Source of the DNA: Octopus bimaculoides
Taxonomy: Eukaryota
Assembly (NCBI RefSeq): GCF_001194135.2
Contig: NC_068994.1
Coordinates: 21,053,327-21,117,326 of the forward strand
Direction: 5' to 3'
DNA length: 64,000 nucleotides
The notes below the pieces were generated by a model that was not told where the DNA came from, searched no databases, and saw nothing but the letters and a program-made list of their open reading frames with translations. This document shows, piece after piece, positions 13,157 to 26,044 of the stretch (within the stretch, counting starts at the first letter, position 1; the number at the start of each line of letters is the position of its first letter). The translations under genes and the position numbers were made by a program.

Positions 13157-13520
13157 TTACACCAGTCTTTGGGTATGACATTTTCCTAACCAACTACTAT
13201 CTGGGTGATCATGTAATATGCCTCGCCAGATATTTTGAGCCTCTCTGCTATGATGTGATGTACCAGGAGCTTTCCCTCTCTTTATGTCCCTGATTGCTTT
13301 ATCTATGAAGCTGCTGTCAACATGAATTGCTGGTCCCCCTGTAAGATCAGTATAAAGCAACCTCTCTTTACCTCATGCATTCTCCATGTTCAGCAACCTC
13401 TCATAAGAGTACTTCCTCATCTTCCATATCTATAGTGAATATGCCTTCGTCATTCTGAATAATCTTCAGACAATGATATCTCAATCCTGAACATTTCATG
13501 CCTCTGATCCTCATAGTCCA
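13157..13520 (-). mobile_element. RTE LINE fragment
   Basis: VDSSFIDKAIRDIKRGKAPG motif preceding the RT domain; degraded. Confidence 0.6.
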
Positions 13521-13549
13521 GGTCAATATTCATTATAATTCATAAGGTG

Positions 13550-13725
13550 GGAAGGTGGTAGAATCATTAACACACCAAGCAAAATGCTTAGCATCATTTC
13601 ATCTGTATTTACATTGAGTCCTTTTGGGGTAGATAAAATAAGTACCAGTTAGGCACTGGGGTCAATCTTATCGACCTATTCCACTCCCAAAATTGCTAGT
13701 CTTGTATCAAAATTTGAAAGCAATA
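13550..13725 (+). mobile_element. SINE family A copy (tRNA-related head, ATT tail), degenerate
   Basis: Similar to the copy at 14278-14505 (aaatgcttagc...taagtaccagt..cactggggt...aaatttgaaa). Confidence 0.65.
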
Positions 13726-14182
13726 TTCATTATAGTTTATGAAGTTCTAAAAAAAGTTTGAGAGTGATTGTCTATGGGAGCTTTAATATGCAAATAAATT
13801 GATTAGCATAGTAGAAGCTAAATTGTAGGAAAGTGACAAGACACAAATCATGGTTGAAAGCTAAACAAAGAAGACTGTATGAAGCATGAGCATTAAATGT
13901 GGAAGATCTGTAGTGAAAAAAGAGCCAATTATGATCAGTTGTATGTGTAACACAAGGCAAGAACACAATTGGACATTAACAACATCAGTCCAAATGTAGA
14001 GGAAAGATTGAAGTAGCAAATGCCAAGTTAAAAAGTGATGAAGAAAACTGTAAAAAGTTGTATAATAAGCTCGCTGGACACTGGTCCTATAAGAATACAG
14101 ACCAAGATAATAAACAATGTGCTTTCAAACAGAACCATATACACAATGCCAGAATGGAAGAAAGACATTAAATGATACCAAC

Positions 14183-14618
14183 ATATTGTTATATTTGGAG
14201 ATGGTTATCTTTTGCCAGTTAAACACAGACACTATTTATTTCATCTTCACTTTAGCTTTATTATTATTATTATAATTAAGGCAGTGAGCTGGCAGAATCG
14301 TTAGCAAGCTGGGCGAAATGCTTAGCAATATTTCATCTGTCACTACATTCCGAGTTCAAATTCCGCCAAGGTTGACTTTGTCTTTCATCCTTTCGGGGAT
14401 CGATAAATTAAGTACCAGTGAAACACTGGGTTGATGTAATCAACTAGTCCCCTCCCTCATAAATTTCAGGTTTTGTGCCTTTAGTAGAAAGGATTATTAT
14501 TATTAGTTTATTTGTCTGTAAAGTGAAGGAAAAATAATAATAAAGCTAAAATGAAGATCAAATAAATAGGGCATGTGTTTAATTGGCAAAATATGACCAT
14601 CCCCAAATATAACAATAT
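14183..14618. repeat. ~90-bp inverted repeat pair flanking a SINE; third copy at 55731-55870
   Basis: 14183-14272 is the reverse complement of 14533-14618 (aataataaagctaaa.tgaagat.aaataaatag..gtgtttaa.tggcaaaa.at.accatc.ccaaatataacaatat). Confidence 0.9.
14278..14505 (+). mobile_element. SINE family A copy, near full length
   Basis: aggcagtgagctggcagaatcgttagc...gagttcaaattcc (B-box-like)...ggattattattatt; related copies on both strands elsewhere in the window. Confidence 0.85.
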
Positions 14619-15109
14619 CTATTTTAACACATTTTCAAATCAAGAATCTTGCAAAACAAATACATAAACAATACAAATATACTCATGAAACAAACAAACC
14701 ACAGTAGCTGGATGGATACACTGTCAGCTCATTGACATTCAGCTGTGACCATCAATGATGCTCACGATGCAGATTAACCAAATTAAATTCACTTTGATAT
14801 GGCAGTGGTAGAATGGATCAAAATAGTCATGGTATGTTACAATCATAAATGTGGAGTGAGAGTTATTGTGGTATGGTTCTCATAGCCTAGGATCATGGTA
14901 TGTCTTGAACGTAAAAGAAACTTGCTAAATATAAAGAGCTCCAAATCCTTTCAAGAGCATGATGCACCAGCCCATGATATATGTTTGCAATTAGATACAT
15001 TAAACCAAGAAATAGTTTAGATACAATCACAATATAAAATCTTCAACTATTAGTTTGACTTCTCCTCAATTTAGTAAGCTACTACTTTAACTAGTACAAT
15101 AAATATTGA

Positions 15110-15315
15110 TTTCAAATTTTGGCCAAAGGCCAGCAAATTCAGGGAAGGGATAAGTAGATTACACCAACCCCTAGCACTCAACTGGTACTTATTTTATCGA
15201 CCCTGAAAGTATGATAGGCAAAGTCAACTTTTGCGGAATTTGAACTCAGAATGTAAAAATGGACAAAATGCCACTAAACATTTTACCCAGCATGCTAATG
15301 ATTCTGCCACACAAC
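15110..15315 (-). mobile_element. SINE family A copy
   Basis: Reverse complement of the 14278 copy (caactggtacttattttatcgacc...ggaatttgaactcagaatg...ctaatgattctgcca). Confidence 0.8.
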
Positions 15316-15329
15316 TTCAACTGGTCTTT

Positions 15330-16610
15330 TGATTAATTATTTCAGAACACCATGGACCACTCAAGCAATGAGTTGTTGGCTGAGATGTATCCAGGTGTAG
15401 GTAGCTTATCCAGTATTTCCTGAAGGAATTTGTCCAGGTACCGTCTGAAAGTTGTAGGGTCTTTTCTATTTGGATTTCTTTTGGGATAACATTGAAAAGA
15501 GAAGGACCATTTGCAGTGACGAAATTGTGTTGCAATGTTCTTATGTGATGTACTCTCAACCTTTGTAGAGGACATGTTACACAGGGGCCTAGTCTTGAGT
15601 GAATTGTAAACATAATTCCTATATCATTTGGATAATATTGGTGGAATATTTTCCACATAGTGCAAATAATGTATTGTTCATGGCAGCATTGCAGAGAATA
15701 GAGTTTCAGCTGTTTAAGTTGAGCCCAATAATCAAGTCCCGTCATGCCATTTATTTTTTTAGTGATTGATCTTTGTGACACTTCAATCCTCATTATATCT
15801 TGTTTTTTGTAGGGGAACCACAATGGGCAGTATTCAAGGTGGGGCCAAACGAATGTGAAGAGAGGGATGATGGTTTCATGATCCTTATATTGAAAAGTTC
15901 TGAGATCTATGAGCACATTCTGTAGGCAACATCGATTTTTTTGTTAATGTGCACACTCCAGATAAGGTTGCTGTCAACCGTTACACCTAAATCTCTGATA
16001 TTATCCGACAGTTCAAGTAGGTCTCTTGACAGTAGTGTATATGGCTGTTTGAGTGTGCCCTCTATTCCAAAATGGATGAGCTCAAATTTTTCTTCATTCA
16101 GCTGCATATTGTATTTTTGTGCCCGTTGGGTTACTACGCATAGGTCCAATTGAAGCATCATTCGATCATATGCTCCCTTAATGACTTTCTGAAGCTTAGA
16201 GTCATCTGCAAATATTTTAATAGTGCTATGTTCAGTGGAATCTACAATGTCATTGATATAGACAATAAAAAGAAGTGGACTCAGTACACTAGCCTGCAGG
16301 AATCTGCTGATGACTTACTAGTTTTGAGTGGATGCCATCAACCACAACATGCTGGGTCCTATTTGTTAGGAAATACTTAATCCACTGAAGTAGCTTTCCA
16401 CTGACTCCAGCATTGGATAGTTTCTTTAACAGCATGTAGTAGTCAACTTTGTCAAAGGCCTTGCTGAAATCAACGTATATGACATTGGCATTGGAGCCTT
16501 CACTTAGTGCATTTAAGATGTCATCAAAATGGTGGAGGAGCAGTGTTAGACAGTCCCATCAGGAAAGCCATGCTGGTTGCAATTTAGAAGATATTGACTA
16601 TGATAAAGAG
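15330..16610 (-). mobile_element. CR1/L2-like LINE, RT C-terminal region, 5'-truncated pseudogene
   Basis: VIYVDFSKAFDKVD; QLNEEKFELIHFG...IRDLGVTVDSNL.WSVHI; PHLEYC.LW.PYKKQDIMRIE..QRSITK. Confidence 0.9.
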
Positions 16611-17801
16611 ATTTTTATATAAAAAGTCTACTTCCTTTTGACTTATCAAAATCCCTAACTCAACATTACTTACTGTAGAAAAAGAAGCACACTAAGATAC
16701 CTTTGGCATCAAACTGAAGCCATCAATACTCAAACAATCAGCACAATGTAATATACTGTATCAGAGAGACATTTAAATAAAGATCATTTCATGAGAGAAA
16801 ACCATTAAACTGACACGACAAGAAATACACAAAATGAAAAAGCCAAGAAGCAAAAGTTGCAAATGTCTGTGGGATTTAGCCTAACTCCTGTTTCCTTTGC
16901 CCTAACAGATGAAAGAAATCTGTTGCATAAAAGGTTAATCTTTCACAGGTAACTTTTTCCAAAAAAAGGCTGCAATCTATTCTAGATCAATGTAGATGAA
17001 ACTAAGGAATATTAGAATTAGGACAGTATTTGACACAAACCACAAGAAAGTAATTTATGAGAGATATAAATTCATACATAAAAGAATGTAAAAGAATTAT
17101 TGCAAGTGATAATAATTTCACTGTAACAAAGCACATGCATTTGAAAAAAGGAAACAAGCATATTCAGGCAATGTTGGCAGTGGAGTAGCAGAAACTGCAA
17201 GACACTCAATTACTATATTCTAGGTTCAATTAAATTTACAATCAACCCTCTGGAAGTAAGTACCAGATCTGTGCTGGAGAAAGGTAAGCTTTGTTCCAAG
17301 TGATATTAGGACAAACAAATTTTAAATCTTAATCACAGAAGTTTTTGTGATTATTAATACTGGAATTGTTTATGATAAAGGCATAGAGAGGGAGCATCTG
17401 CATAGGAGCTCCACAGGCAATAGCAGTCAAATCACTTTCAAATCACATCTTAGAAGGGATACATTGGATACTCTAGTCTTTGATACACTGTCTGAAAGTA
17501 AGATGGGAAGGTATAACTGAAACACTTTTGATCACATGTAGGTCTGCTTAATCAGAGCTTACCTGGTGCCAAACAACAACGTTACCCAACCACATTTTAT
17601 TTCTTCTATGAATTCAAGGCCTTGTGTAGAATACCAGATGATATGCTTCGACATCGTCACCACAATTGGCTTTAAATACTAGTAGTGTTGACTTTCCTTT
17701 CCAACAAAGAAGAAATTGGATAAAACAAATACCAGTTGCTTTTCAGTTCTAATCAGTCCTGAATCAAGCAGACCTATCCTCAGAAGCTTGATCAGGACTA
17801 A

Positions 17802-17891
17802 CTTAGGGTTAAAAAATAACAACTGTCTATCAAATGTTCTTGATTATAAGAACATTTGATAAACAGTTAAGTGTTATTTTTTAACCCTGAG
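17802..17891. repeat. Near-perfect hairpin (16 bp + 4-nt bulge + 21 bp, 6-nt loop)
   Basis: agggttaaaaaataac-aactgtctatcaaatgttctt-gattat-aagaacatttgataaacagtt-aagt-gttattttttaaccct. Confidence 0.92.
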
Positions 17892-20313
17892 AGGCTATAA
17901 TCAGAAATGCACTAAGAATTTGAAAAGGTCTGAAATACCATAAACAAAATGAACTTAGAAAGAAATATTTACAATTATAATATTTTCAAAAATATTTTTT
18001 ATTTATAAGTATTAAAAAGATGGGCATATTTTCCTTCCAAAATTTAAACATCATATGAAAGACCAAAAACAAATGAGCCAGTTTACGGGGAAAAAAATTT
18101 TTTTTTTGATTTCTATTCTTTTCCTTTTTTTTTTAGAAAGCTTATAAAATAAGATTTAAATATTCACATTAAACAAAAGTTAGTCACTCAGAAACTAGGC
18201 CCAAGATATGACAGTGTTGAGGTATTTCTTGAATATTCAGAAGGATCATTTACATTTTTCAAAGTTCACTGTAATTTCTTTTTTAAATGGAGGGAAGGGA
18301 GACTTGATTTTTTTTTTTATATAAACAAATAGGAATGATGGCAGTTTTGACATAAGTTATTTTATAACACACACACACACAAACCGTGTAAAATTTCACT
18401 TAATATCATTGAATTCAAACGCTAATAATAATGATTTCTACCATTAGTACATGGCCATAACATGAAGGGAGGGGTAAGTCAACCTAATCAACTTCAGTAC
18501 ATAAATGATACAAACGTCATTTGAACTAAGACCATAACGAGATGTAACTAACAGTAGAGATAAATTCAAAGTATGGTAACACTTAGAAAGTATAAAATAA
18601 AAGTAATTGAAAATTAAGAGCAGTAAGAAAATACATATAACTAGGCTAGTGACATGTGTATGTATTGAATAGTGTTAAAAATGATTTTACAAAAATCCTT
18701 AATATTGCCATGCTTCAAAATAATGAATTCAGCAGTATCTACTGTTTGTATAAGCTCAGGAAGTTAACCTTCCTATTGCTTCAAGGTAAAATGCTGCAGT
18801 GAATTTTAGGTATGTTTTTATTAATAATTACAACTCATAAATAAATTTGGTAATGAAAAGAAAGTCTTAGTAATTTAAATATTTTAAAAATCTTATAGTC
18901 ATAATTTTCAAACTGCCAATTTTAGTTAATATCATCAATTTCTTTAGACTAGATAGAAGGCCAGTGTTTCTAAGAAAATCAACCTTGGCAGTATCAAACT
19001 CAGAATATAGGAGGAGGAAATTAAATGGCATAAAACATGTCATCTACTAGTTCTGTCATCTTACCATGTTCATTAATATTTCCAAGCTCAAAAGAAAAAC
19101 CATTTTGGGAAGGGAAATATATTAGACACATTAGACATGATGGTCAATGATTTATCTCTTTAGTGTGTGTTTTTCACACATGCATTTGAATCAAAGATAA
19201 CAGTGAGACAAATGCCAATTCTGGAAGACAAGTATACAAGCATTGATTGCACAAATTACAGTTTATACTGTAGAAATTATGACAGACATTTGTTTAGATC
19301 ACAAGACAAACACAAAAGATTTTGTTGCTCACTTTAAAATAAGTACAGTATACTAAAGCAATATACTCTTTAAGTATACAACCTCTGTAATTTTGAAAGC
19401 AAGATTTTACACATCTATTTGAGGAAACACAAAGAGATGTAATGTTGGTTCTCTTGAGAGAACAAAAAATCCAGATGCTGGTTGCAGCAGTGCAGAAGTA
19501 CCTACAAACAAAGCAACTATTCTCACTATCACTATTTGATCTACTATGATATTTATAACCAGTTTTGCCACAAGTTCTATTTCTTTCATGATTACATGCA
19601 AGGAAAGAATAAATTCAGTTTTGCTTCAATGACTGCCAATTGCACCAAAGGAAATATTCCGAAATTGAAAATATATTTTGTGTCAGTCTGATTCAAAACT
19701 GGAGACAAAATACTTTATCAGTTGCATAAGAAAACAATTTGATTTAGGAAGTTACTGTTTGTATAGTTTCTTGTTTTCAAAGAAATTTATAACTTATTTC
19801 TGGTGACCAATTTAGGTATAAATCTAAAGAAATTGATTTATATGGTGATTAAAACATAAAGGAGACATAAGATTCAATGTAAATAAAACAAACACACATT
19901 TAAATACTATCATTACCAGACATGCTCTCAACACCTCCTCATCAATACAAAAAACACCTGTCTAGCATGACTAAAGGAAATTTATCAACAAAATCATTTT
20001 TGGACAAGGAAAATATAGAAAAGTATAAGACCTACAAAAACAGTGAACTTTGGGAGATCAACAGAAAGAGGTGTGGTAGACAGAGCTCACTGGCTATACT
20101 AATTTCTAAAATAAATGGGGATGGGGGTGACTGAGAAAATGAGGACAACAGATTAATAACTTTTGTTATGTGTAATTAACAAGACTTAGCTACCAGTCCT
20201 CCATCCCACCTCATACTATCACTCACCATCTCAATAGCACTGTAGACTCCTATCAAATCACTTGATTATGCCCAATAAATTTTACATTTCATATTACATT
20301 TTTTTTTTTCAAG

Positions 20314-20324
20314 TTTATTTTATT
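20314..20324 (-). terminator. Candidate proximal polyadenylation signals (two overlapping AATAAA) for LMAN2
   Basis: Plus strand tttattttatt = AATAAAATAAA on the minus strand, about 17-27 nt after the stop codon. AT-rich context makes chance occurrence likely. Confidence 0.25.
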
Positions 20325-20340
20325 TAATTTACATTTCTTT

Positions 20341-20486
20341 TTAATAAAATCTTTTACGTTTTCCTTCTTGGTGTTTCTGGTAGGCATAGATCAGTACAAA
20401 AACACCAATCACAAAACCAATGACAATTATAGTTAGTGTAATTATTTTCCATGCACTCCATGATGCAGGGTTGTCAGCTACATGAT
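20341..20486 (-). CDS. LMAN2: LMAN2 exon 9: (D)HVADNPASWSAWKIITLTIIVIGFVIGVFVLIYAYQKHQEGKRKRFY*
   Basis: Acceptor ccatttcag, transmembrane segment, KRFY C-terminus and TAA stop at 20343-20341. Confidence 0.96.
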
Positions 20487-22785
20487 CTGAAATGGTAAAA
20501 AAAAGAAACAGTCTTTATTGCCACTTTAAGCTCATGACACTTTATGGAGGTAAGAGAACCTCTACAAAAGTCATTCCTACCAATGAAATGCAACTTAAAT
20601 TGAGTTGCTGAATAATTCTTGAAAAATACAGGATTTATCTACATAATTTCAACTGGAGGGGATATGTTGAATGTGTAAGCCACTGAGAAAGCAAATAAGA
20701 GAAGTAACTGTGATTAAAAAAAAACTGATCAAATGTGGAAGAGAACTATTTAGTTCCGTCACAGACATTTTTCTTGTACCAGTGGCATGATAAAATGTAC
20801 CAAGGCTCAAAAGGATTACACACACAATAACAAATACTAGCAGTTTTCTCTGCTGTTTGAAAGAGAAAGAGGTAAAAGTGATGAGATACTGTGGTAACAG
20901 TCATCCAATCCATGCCATCATACGAAGAAAAAAAAAGGGGGGGGGTAAAGTAATGATGATGAATTTCCTCAGGATTTCGGCTTAACACCGTAAAATATAA
21001 ATCCATGACAGAACATCAGATTATTTGTCATGATCCAAGTCCAAAGGACTACATCAAGGGAGGGTAATTACAAACCATGGTTAGTTTCTCAGGAAAAATT
21101 AGATTTTAGAGTGATGCCAGAAAGATAAAAAGGTTCTCCAAAAACAGTTTTGACTTAGAATTGAAAGCAAATTTAATCATAATTTCTGTTTCTATATATA
21201 CTGATCACATAGACTTGTCAAACTGTATATAATATGCTTTAGTGAGGAGATCTAAGACCAAAACATATCCCTTACTTTCACCAGTTAGTTTTAAAGACAA
21301 AATCTAGACATTGTCTACATTACCCCAAAATTCTGATCTATTTTATTGAAGATATGTTTGTTTTTTAGATTTTAAACAATTCATAAGTTTTTTGTTATTC
21401 TAGTTGCTTGGTTAAACCTTGGTTCATTGAAGTTTTTAACTCACTATATTACATATGCAAGATCCTCCTATATTTATGTTAAATAAGCAGGACACTTGCT
21501 AGAGTATAGATAATGAAGTACAGAAAATTTGACAATTACTTGTCAATTTTTCTGCATGTCCTCTTCAACATATTTTAAACAGTTTACTACAATGGAACAT
21601 ATCAATTTAATATCAATAAAACAACAATGGCTTTCTGTTAACACATAGATTGATTATCATGATATAATCCAATTTAACCTGTTACAATTAGTGAGAAATT
21701 CTCAAAAATTTGAGTAGCAGATAAATCAATACAGTCCACAATCCAAGAGGTTGGAAGTTTGAATATCATTACCAGCGCTGTCACAAATAATGCTAAATAG
21801 CTTAGCCAACCTATTCATAAATAATAAAGATTTATTATAATTATTGCTACAGGCAACAGAGCTTCAATAGTTTGCAGGGCAGAGCTCATATACAGTCACA
21901 AGGACAAAACCAGAAAAACTGGCATTCATATTAAAGATGTCTCAACACATTAGCAACATGAAAACCAGGATAAGTTCCAGCACCTTTCAATAAGGGAAGT
22001 AAATCAAATGAAAATACATAAAAGAAAAAACTATAAATTTATAAAAGCTCAAACATAAAAATAGCCAACAAAAATTTATTCAGAATTGAGATTTGCACTC
22101 AAAATTTCAGCCAACAGAATATGTTTAAGATTTATAAGAAACCAGTTACATATTTTGTGCTAATGTACATGAGGTTTACAATAGCTAAACTGTGGTGACT
22201 TTTCAGGGATTCTCAACCACTTTTTATCTATGGACCTCTTTGATTACAATTTTATTCTGGTGAACCACCATATCCATTCGATGTTTAAAATTAGCTTTAC
22301 AGAAACTTCTTTCAAAATTTCTGTTTTGTTTTTCACACATTAACTTGTGTAGGCTGAACTATGTAAAATGTTAGAAAAAGAAACCTAGCTGTTTCTTGCA
22401 ATACATACCAATACATACATCTAAAGCAAAATTTTTTCAGGGGCCCTTAAAATACAATTGTGGATCCCCAATTTACTATTTTATGTGTGCCCCCCCCCCC
22501 CCAAATCTTATATGAACCCTGATAGAGATCCACTGCTTTAGATTAAACATATTACACTTCTTAATTCATCTGCCAAGAAAACCGATTCCATTTACTGTTA
22601 ATGAACATCTGTAAGAATAGCATGATTTCTCCAATAATTTAGCGTAAATGGTAAAAGTTGGTAGAAAAATATTCTGGTTGTAATAAACATAGAAAATGAA
22701 TGCAAAACAATCAACATAACCTAGGGGTGATGCTTTGAGATACCAACAGATAATTATAACGAAATATTAGAAACAGTAATCTTAC

Positions 22786-22843
22786 CTCTAGGTTGAGCAA
22801 AGTAATCTGCAGAAGGAATAATATCTCTAAAATTTGATTCATC
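22786..22843 (-). CDS. LMAN2: LMAN2 exon 8 (stalk): DESNFRDIIPSADYFAQPR(D)
   Basis: Acceptor ttcttcctcag, donor GTAAGA, 58 nt, phase 0->1; IPSA.YF..PRD resembles VIP36 IEPSVNFLKSPKD. Confidence 0.92.
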
Positions 22844-22934
22844 CTGAGGAAGAAAAATGTTACAAATTAACATTACAATGTCACTGATAAAGAAAATTAA
22901 ATTTTGAAACACGAAATGTCAAGAAATTACTTAC

Positions 22935-22987
22935 CACTTCAGGAGACTCCAATTCATAAAATTTGACTGATAAGATATCATGATTAT
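22935..22987 (-). CDS. LMAN2: LMAN2 exon 7: (D)NHDILSVKFYELESPEV
   Basis: Acceptor ttttttccag, donor GTAAGT, 53 nt, phase 1->0; DNHDI motif. Confidence 0.95.
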
Positions 22988-24194
22988 CTGGAAAAAAATT
23001 TCAAAGGAGATATTAATTTTTGACAGAGCATGGGGGTTACTGTAAAAAGAGATTTAAACTCCTGACAAGCACAAATCATTCTCCATTTTTGACTCACTAT
23101 TAGAGCCATTTCACTTTCTTTATTAATACTGAGGAAAAACACAATTGTCATAGCACAATTTTGTTTTAACTAAAATACAGAACTTTGTACCCAGACAAAA
23201 GAAACCTATAAATATTTAGAGAGAATCAATACAATGCAGTGTGATCAGAATTTTAAAAAAAACAAAATTATCATTATGGAGAGGAATGTGAAGTAGACTA
23301 ATCCATTCCTTTTACTTCAATCACTATTAATTTTTATCACTGCAAATTGAATTAAACACTGTCACATTAGCAGACATATTTCAAAATAAAGCACACTACA
23401 AATGTGTTCCAAATGATATTCAAAATAACCATTACTATAGAAATATTGAATCTCTTATTTTGAACACAATTTGCCAAAATAGATGGGCAAAGGCATGTTG
23501 ACAGGTAGATCTAATTTAAGAGATTTAAAAATAGTCAAGTAAAAGAAAGTATTGTAAAAGTATTTCTTTTTAATTTAATCAGCAAAATTAATGTATCAAA
23601 CCAAACATTGAAGAATAAATTTACTTATCAGACAACAGTAGCAATTAGTAATTGTGAAAAAATAAACAAAATGTGCTTTTGATATGTTATCAGAATTTAC
23701 TGTGAATAGACATGTAAGCCAAACAATTTATTAGCAATACAATAAAATTAAAATTAAATTGACCTCTACAAACTATTTACATAGAAGAACCAATAGAGAA
23801 AGAATCAGGAAGCAATGGGTAAATTCACAAGAGTGTGAGAAGATGACAGAAGGTGACAGCTGGGAGTAGGAGTTTATGTAGAGAATGGTGAACAAGGCTG
23901 GAAGCATGACTGATGGTAAATCTGAGTTTGGTGGGGAATATGAAAGAGATAAAAGTGACCCAAGGAAATAATGACAGTACAGAAAGGACTGAGACCAGCA
24001 GTATAATAAAACTGTAAACAGAGAAATACTGATGCAATGTGTTGGGTGGTGGGTAAAGGAGAAGTATAAAAGAAGAGGGTGAAAGACAGAAACATTCAAT
24101 GATACAGATGGAAGACAGAGAGGCACATATAGTGAGTGACAAACAAAGCAGGAGGGTGCAATCAATGGCAGATATGAAAGGGTGTTAAGAATGA

Positions 24195-24705
24195 GATATG
24201 GCAGTCTTTCCAAGCCTACCTCACTTTTCCACCATCATGTCACCTTCAGTTTGGATGGAACTTTGCACTGGTTAGATTAAGTCTGTAGCCCTCTGTAGGT
24301 TGTCTCGTCTGAACTGTCAATTGGCTTCTATGCTATACATCTCTACCTTCTCCTCTTTATCAAATGCTTCAACTAGTACTTCTCTAAATTTCTTACTGTT
24401 CACTAATTCTTTAAGCTTCCACATCCTCCTCTTCCAGGTTGGTTTGTGACCGAGTCACAAACCACTAATCCATGTTGGATTGTACATTCTTCACCAAGGT
24501 AGAACTTTACATTTATCTATCTATCCATCCATCCATCTGTCCATCCTGTTTTCTGGTGAAAATGCAATCAATCCAGCTTATATGCCAACCAACCGGATAG
24601 ACAATCAGGTAGCTGGTAAGTTTTCTGAAGTTTGTGCTGCAGATCATCAAGTCATTTGCATCACAGAACTCCATCAGCCTTGAGCACTCATTCCTGTCGT
24701 TAGAC
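24195..24705 (-). mobile_element. RTE LINE endonuclease/linker fragment interrupted by a (TCCA)n repeat
   Basis: RNECSRLMEFCDANDLMICSTNFRK...IDCIFTRK and RRMWKLKE..SKKFREVL..RDNLQRATD. Confidence 0.75.
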
Positions 24706-25040
24706 ATTTACACACACATACACACACACAAAGAAATCAAAAGCTAAGAAAAAGAATGTTACACTCAAAAAGATCTGTCTAGACTGAAGAATTGTGAACA
24801 GAATGATACATGGCGAAAAAGGTACAGCAAATCAACTGAGAAAAAACAATTAGTAAAACACAGTTGACTGAGAACTGAATATTTCAAGTCAATATCAAGA
24901 TTTGTAAACTAACCTACCTTCATCAAACATACGAAGATAAATCACAGTGAATGTAATTTGGCAGGAGAAAAAAGTCATTTGTTACATCAGATCAATTATA
25001 CAAACTGATAATTGTATAAATAAAATAGGAACAAACTTAC

Positions 25041-25155
25041 CTGCCAATTCCCCAGTGGCAGCTGATATTCCAATATAATAACCTGTTGGTAAATGTACCC
25101 CATTTACTGTAAAGCATTCTTTCCAAACATTTTTGTTATCAATATCTATATATAC
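25041..25155 (-). CDS. LMAN2: LMAN2 exon 6: VYIDIDNKNVWKECFTVNGVHLPTGYYIGISAATGELA(D)
   Basis: Acceptor cattgcag, donor GTAAGT, 115 nt, phase 0->1; LPTGYY.G.SA.TG motif. Confidence 0.97.
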
Positions 25156-26044
25156 CTGCAATGAAGAGGTGTTTGTTTAATGTTGATCAACTCAAGGTTT
25201 TACTCTCAAGTAAAACTGAATAATGAATATCAAATGTATTTTTAAAAACATTGAAAGAGAAACACCTAACAAGGTATGAAAGAGATTATTTTCACCAACA
25301 TGGCATCTCCTAAACTCATTATTTCAATTACTGTAACTAATTAGCAAAGCAACGAGTTTGAAGAAACAAAAGAATGATTTACAGTGTACAAAATTTAGTT
25401 ACATTCCTTTGAGTTCAAATACAACATGGATTAACCTGAAACTTCATCTTTCTGAGGTCAATAAATCCAATAGTAACACGACTAACTATAACTGCTTACC
25501 TACAAAAATTATCTTCAAGCCTTGTCAAAGACATCTGTTACTAACATTAAAATGAAAAAGTTGACAGAAATTATAGAGTACAGATTTAAACTCTTTTATA
25601 GTATTTTAGTTTCCAATATTCACTATTTTAAACCCCACTGAAATAAACTTAGTCTTTCATCTTTTAGAGAAAGACATTGATAAATGAAGTACCTGTAATA
25701 CCCTGAAATTCAATAGAAGTAATTTAGCCAAGAATAAAAAAATTGGTACTATACCTAGTCAAAAATATCATACTATGGAAAAATCTCAGCTTTATTTTGC
25801 TGGATATGATGAAAAGTGTCAGCAGCTCACAGCCAGCAGACTTAGGTGACACTTGTTTACTGATCATGCTTTAAGAACCCTGCAGAGAACTCCTGAAGTT
25901 CCAACCAATGGTGATTTTTATAGATGTTCTATCTTTACATTTGTTCCAATCTTTTTTAGCCATATTGGTAGTTGGATATTGGCTACCAACATGGCTCAGA
26001 GAGATTGGAATGAATGTACAGATAGAACTACAAAAAAATTATTA

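Noticed and set aside
19400-19691. Short ORFs on both strands downstream of LMAN2
   Set aside because: No recognisable motifs or convincing splice sites; probably UTR or intergenic.
23773-24213. Overlapping minus-strand ORFs up to 146 aa
   Set aside because: Low-complexity purine-rich plus strand yields stop-poor Leu/Ser/Phe frames; no motifs or splice support.
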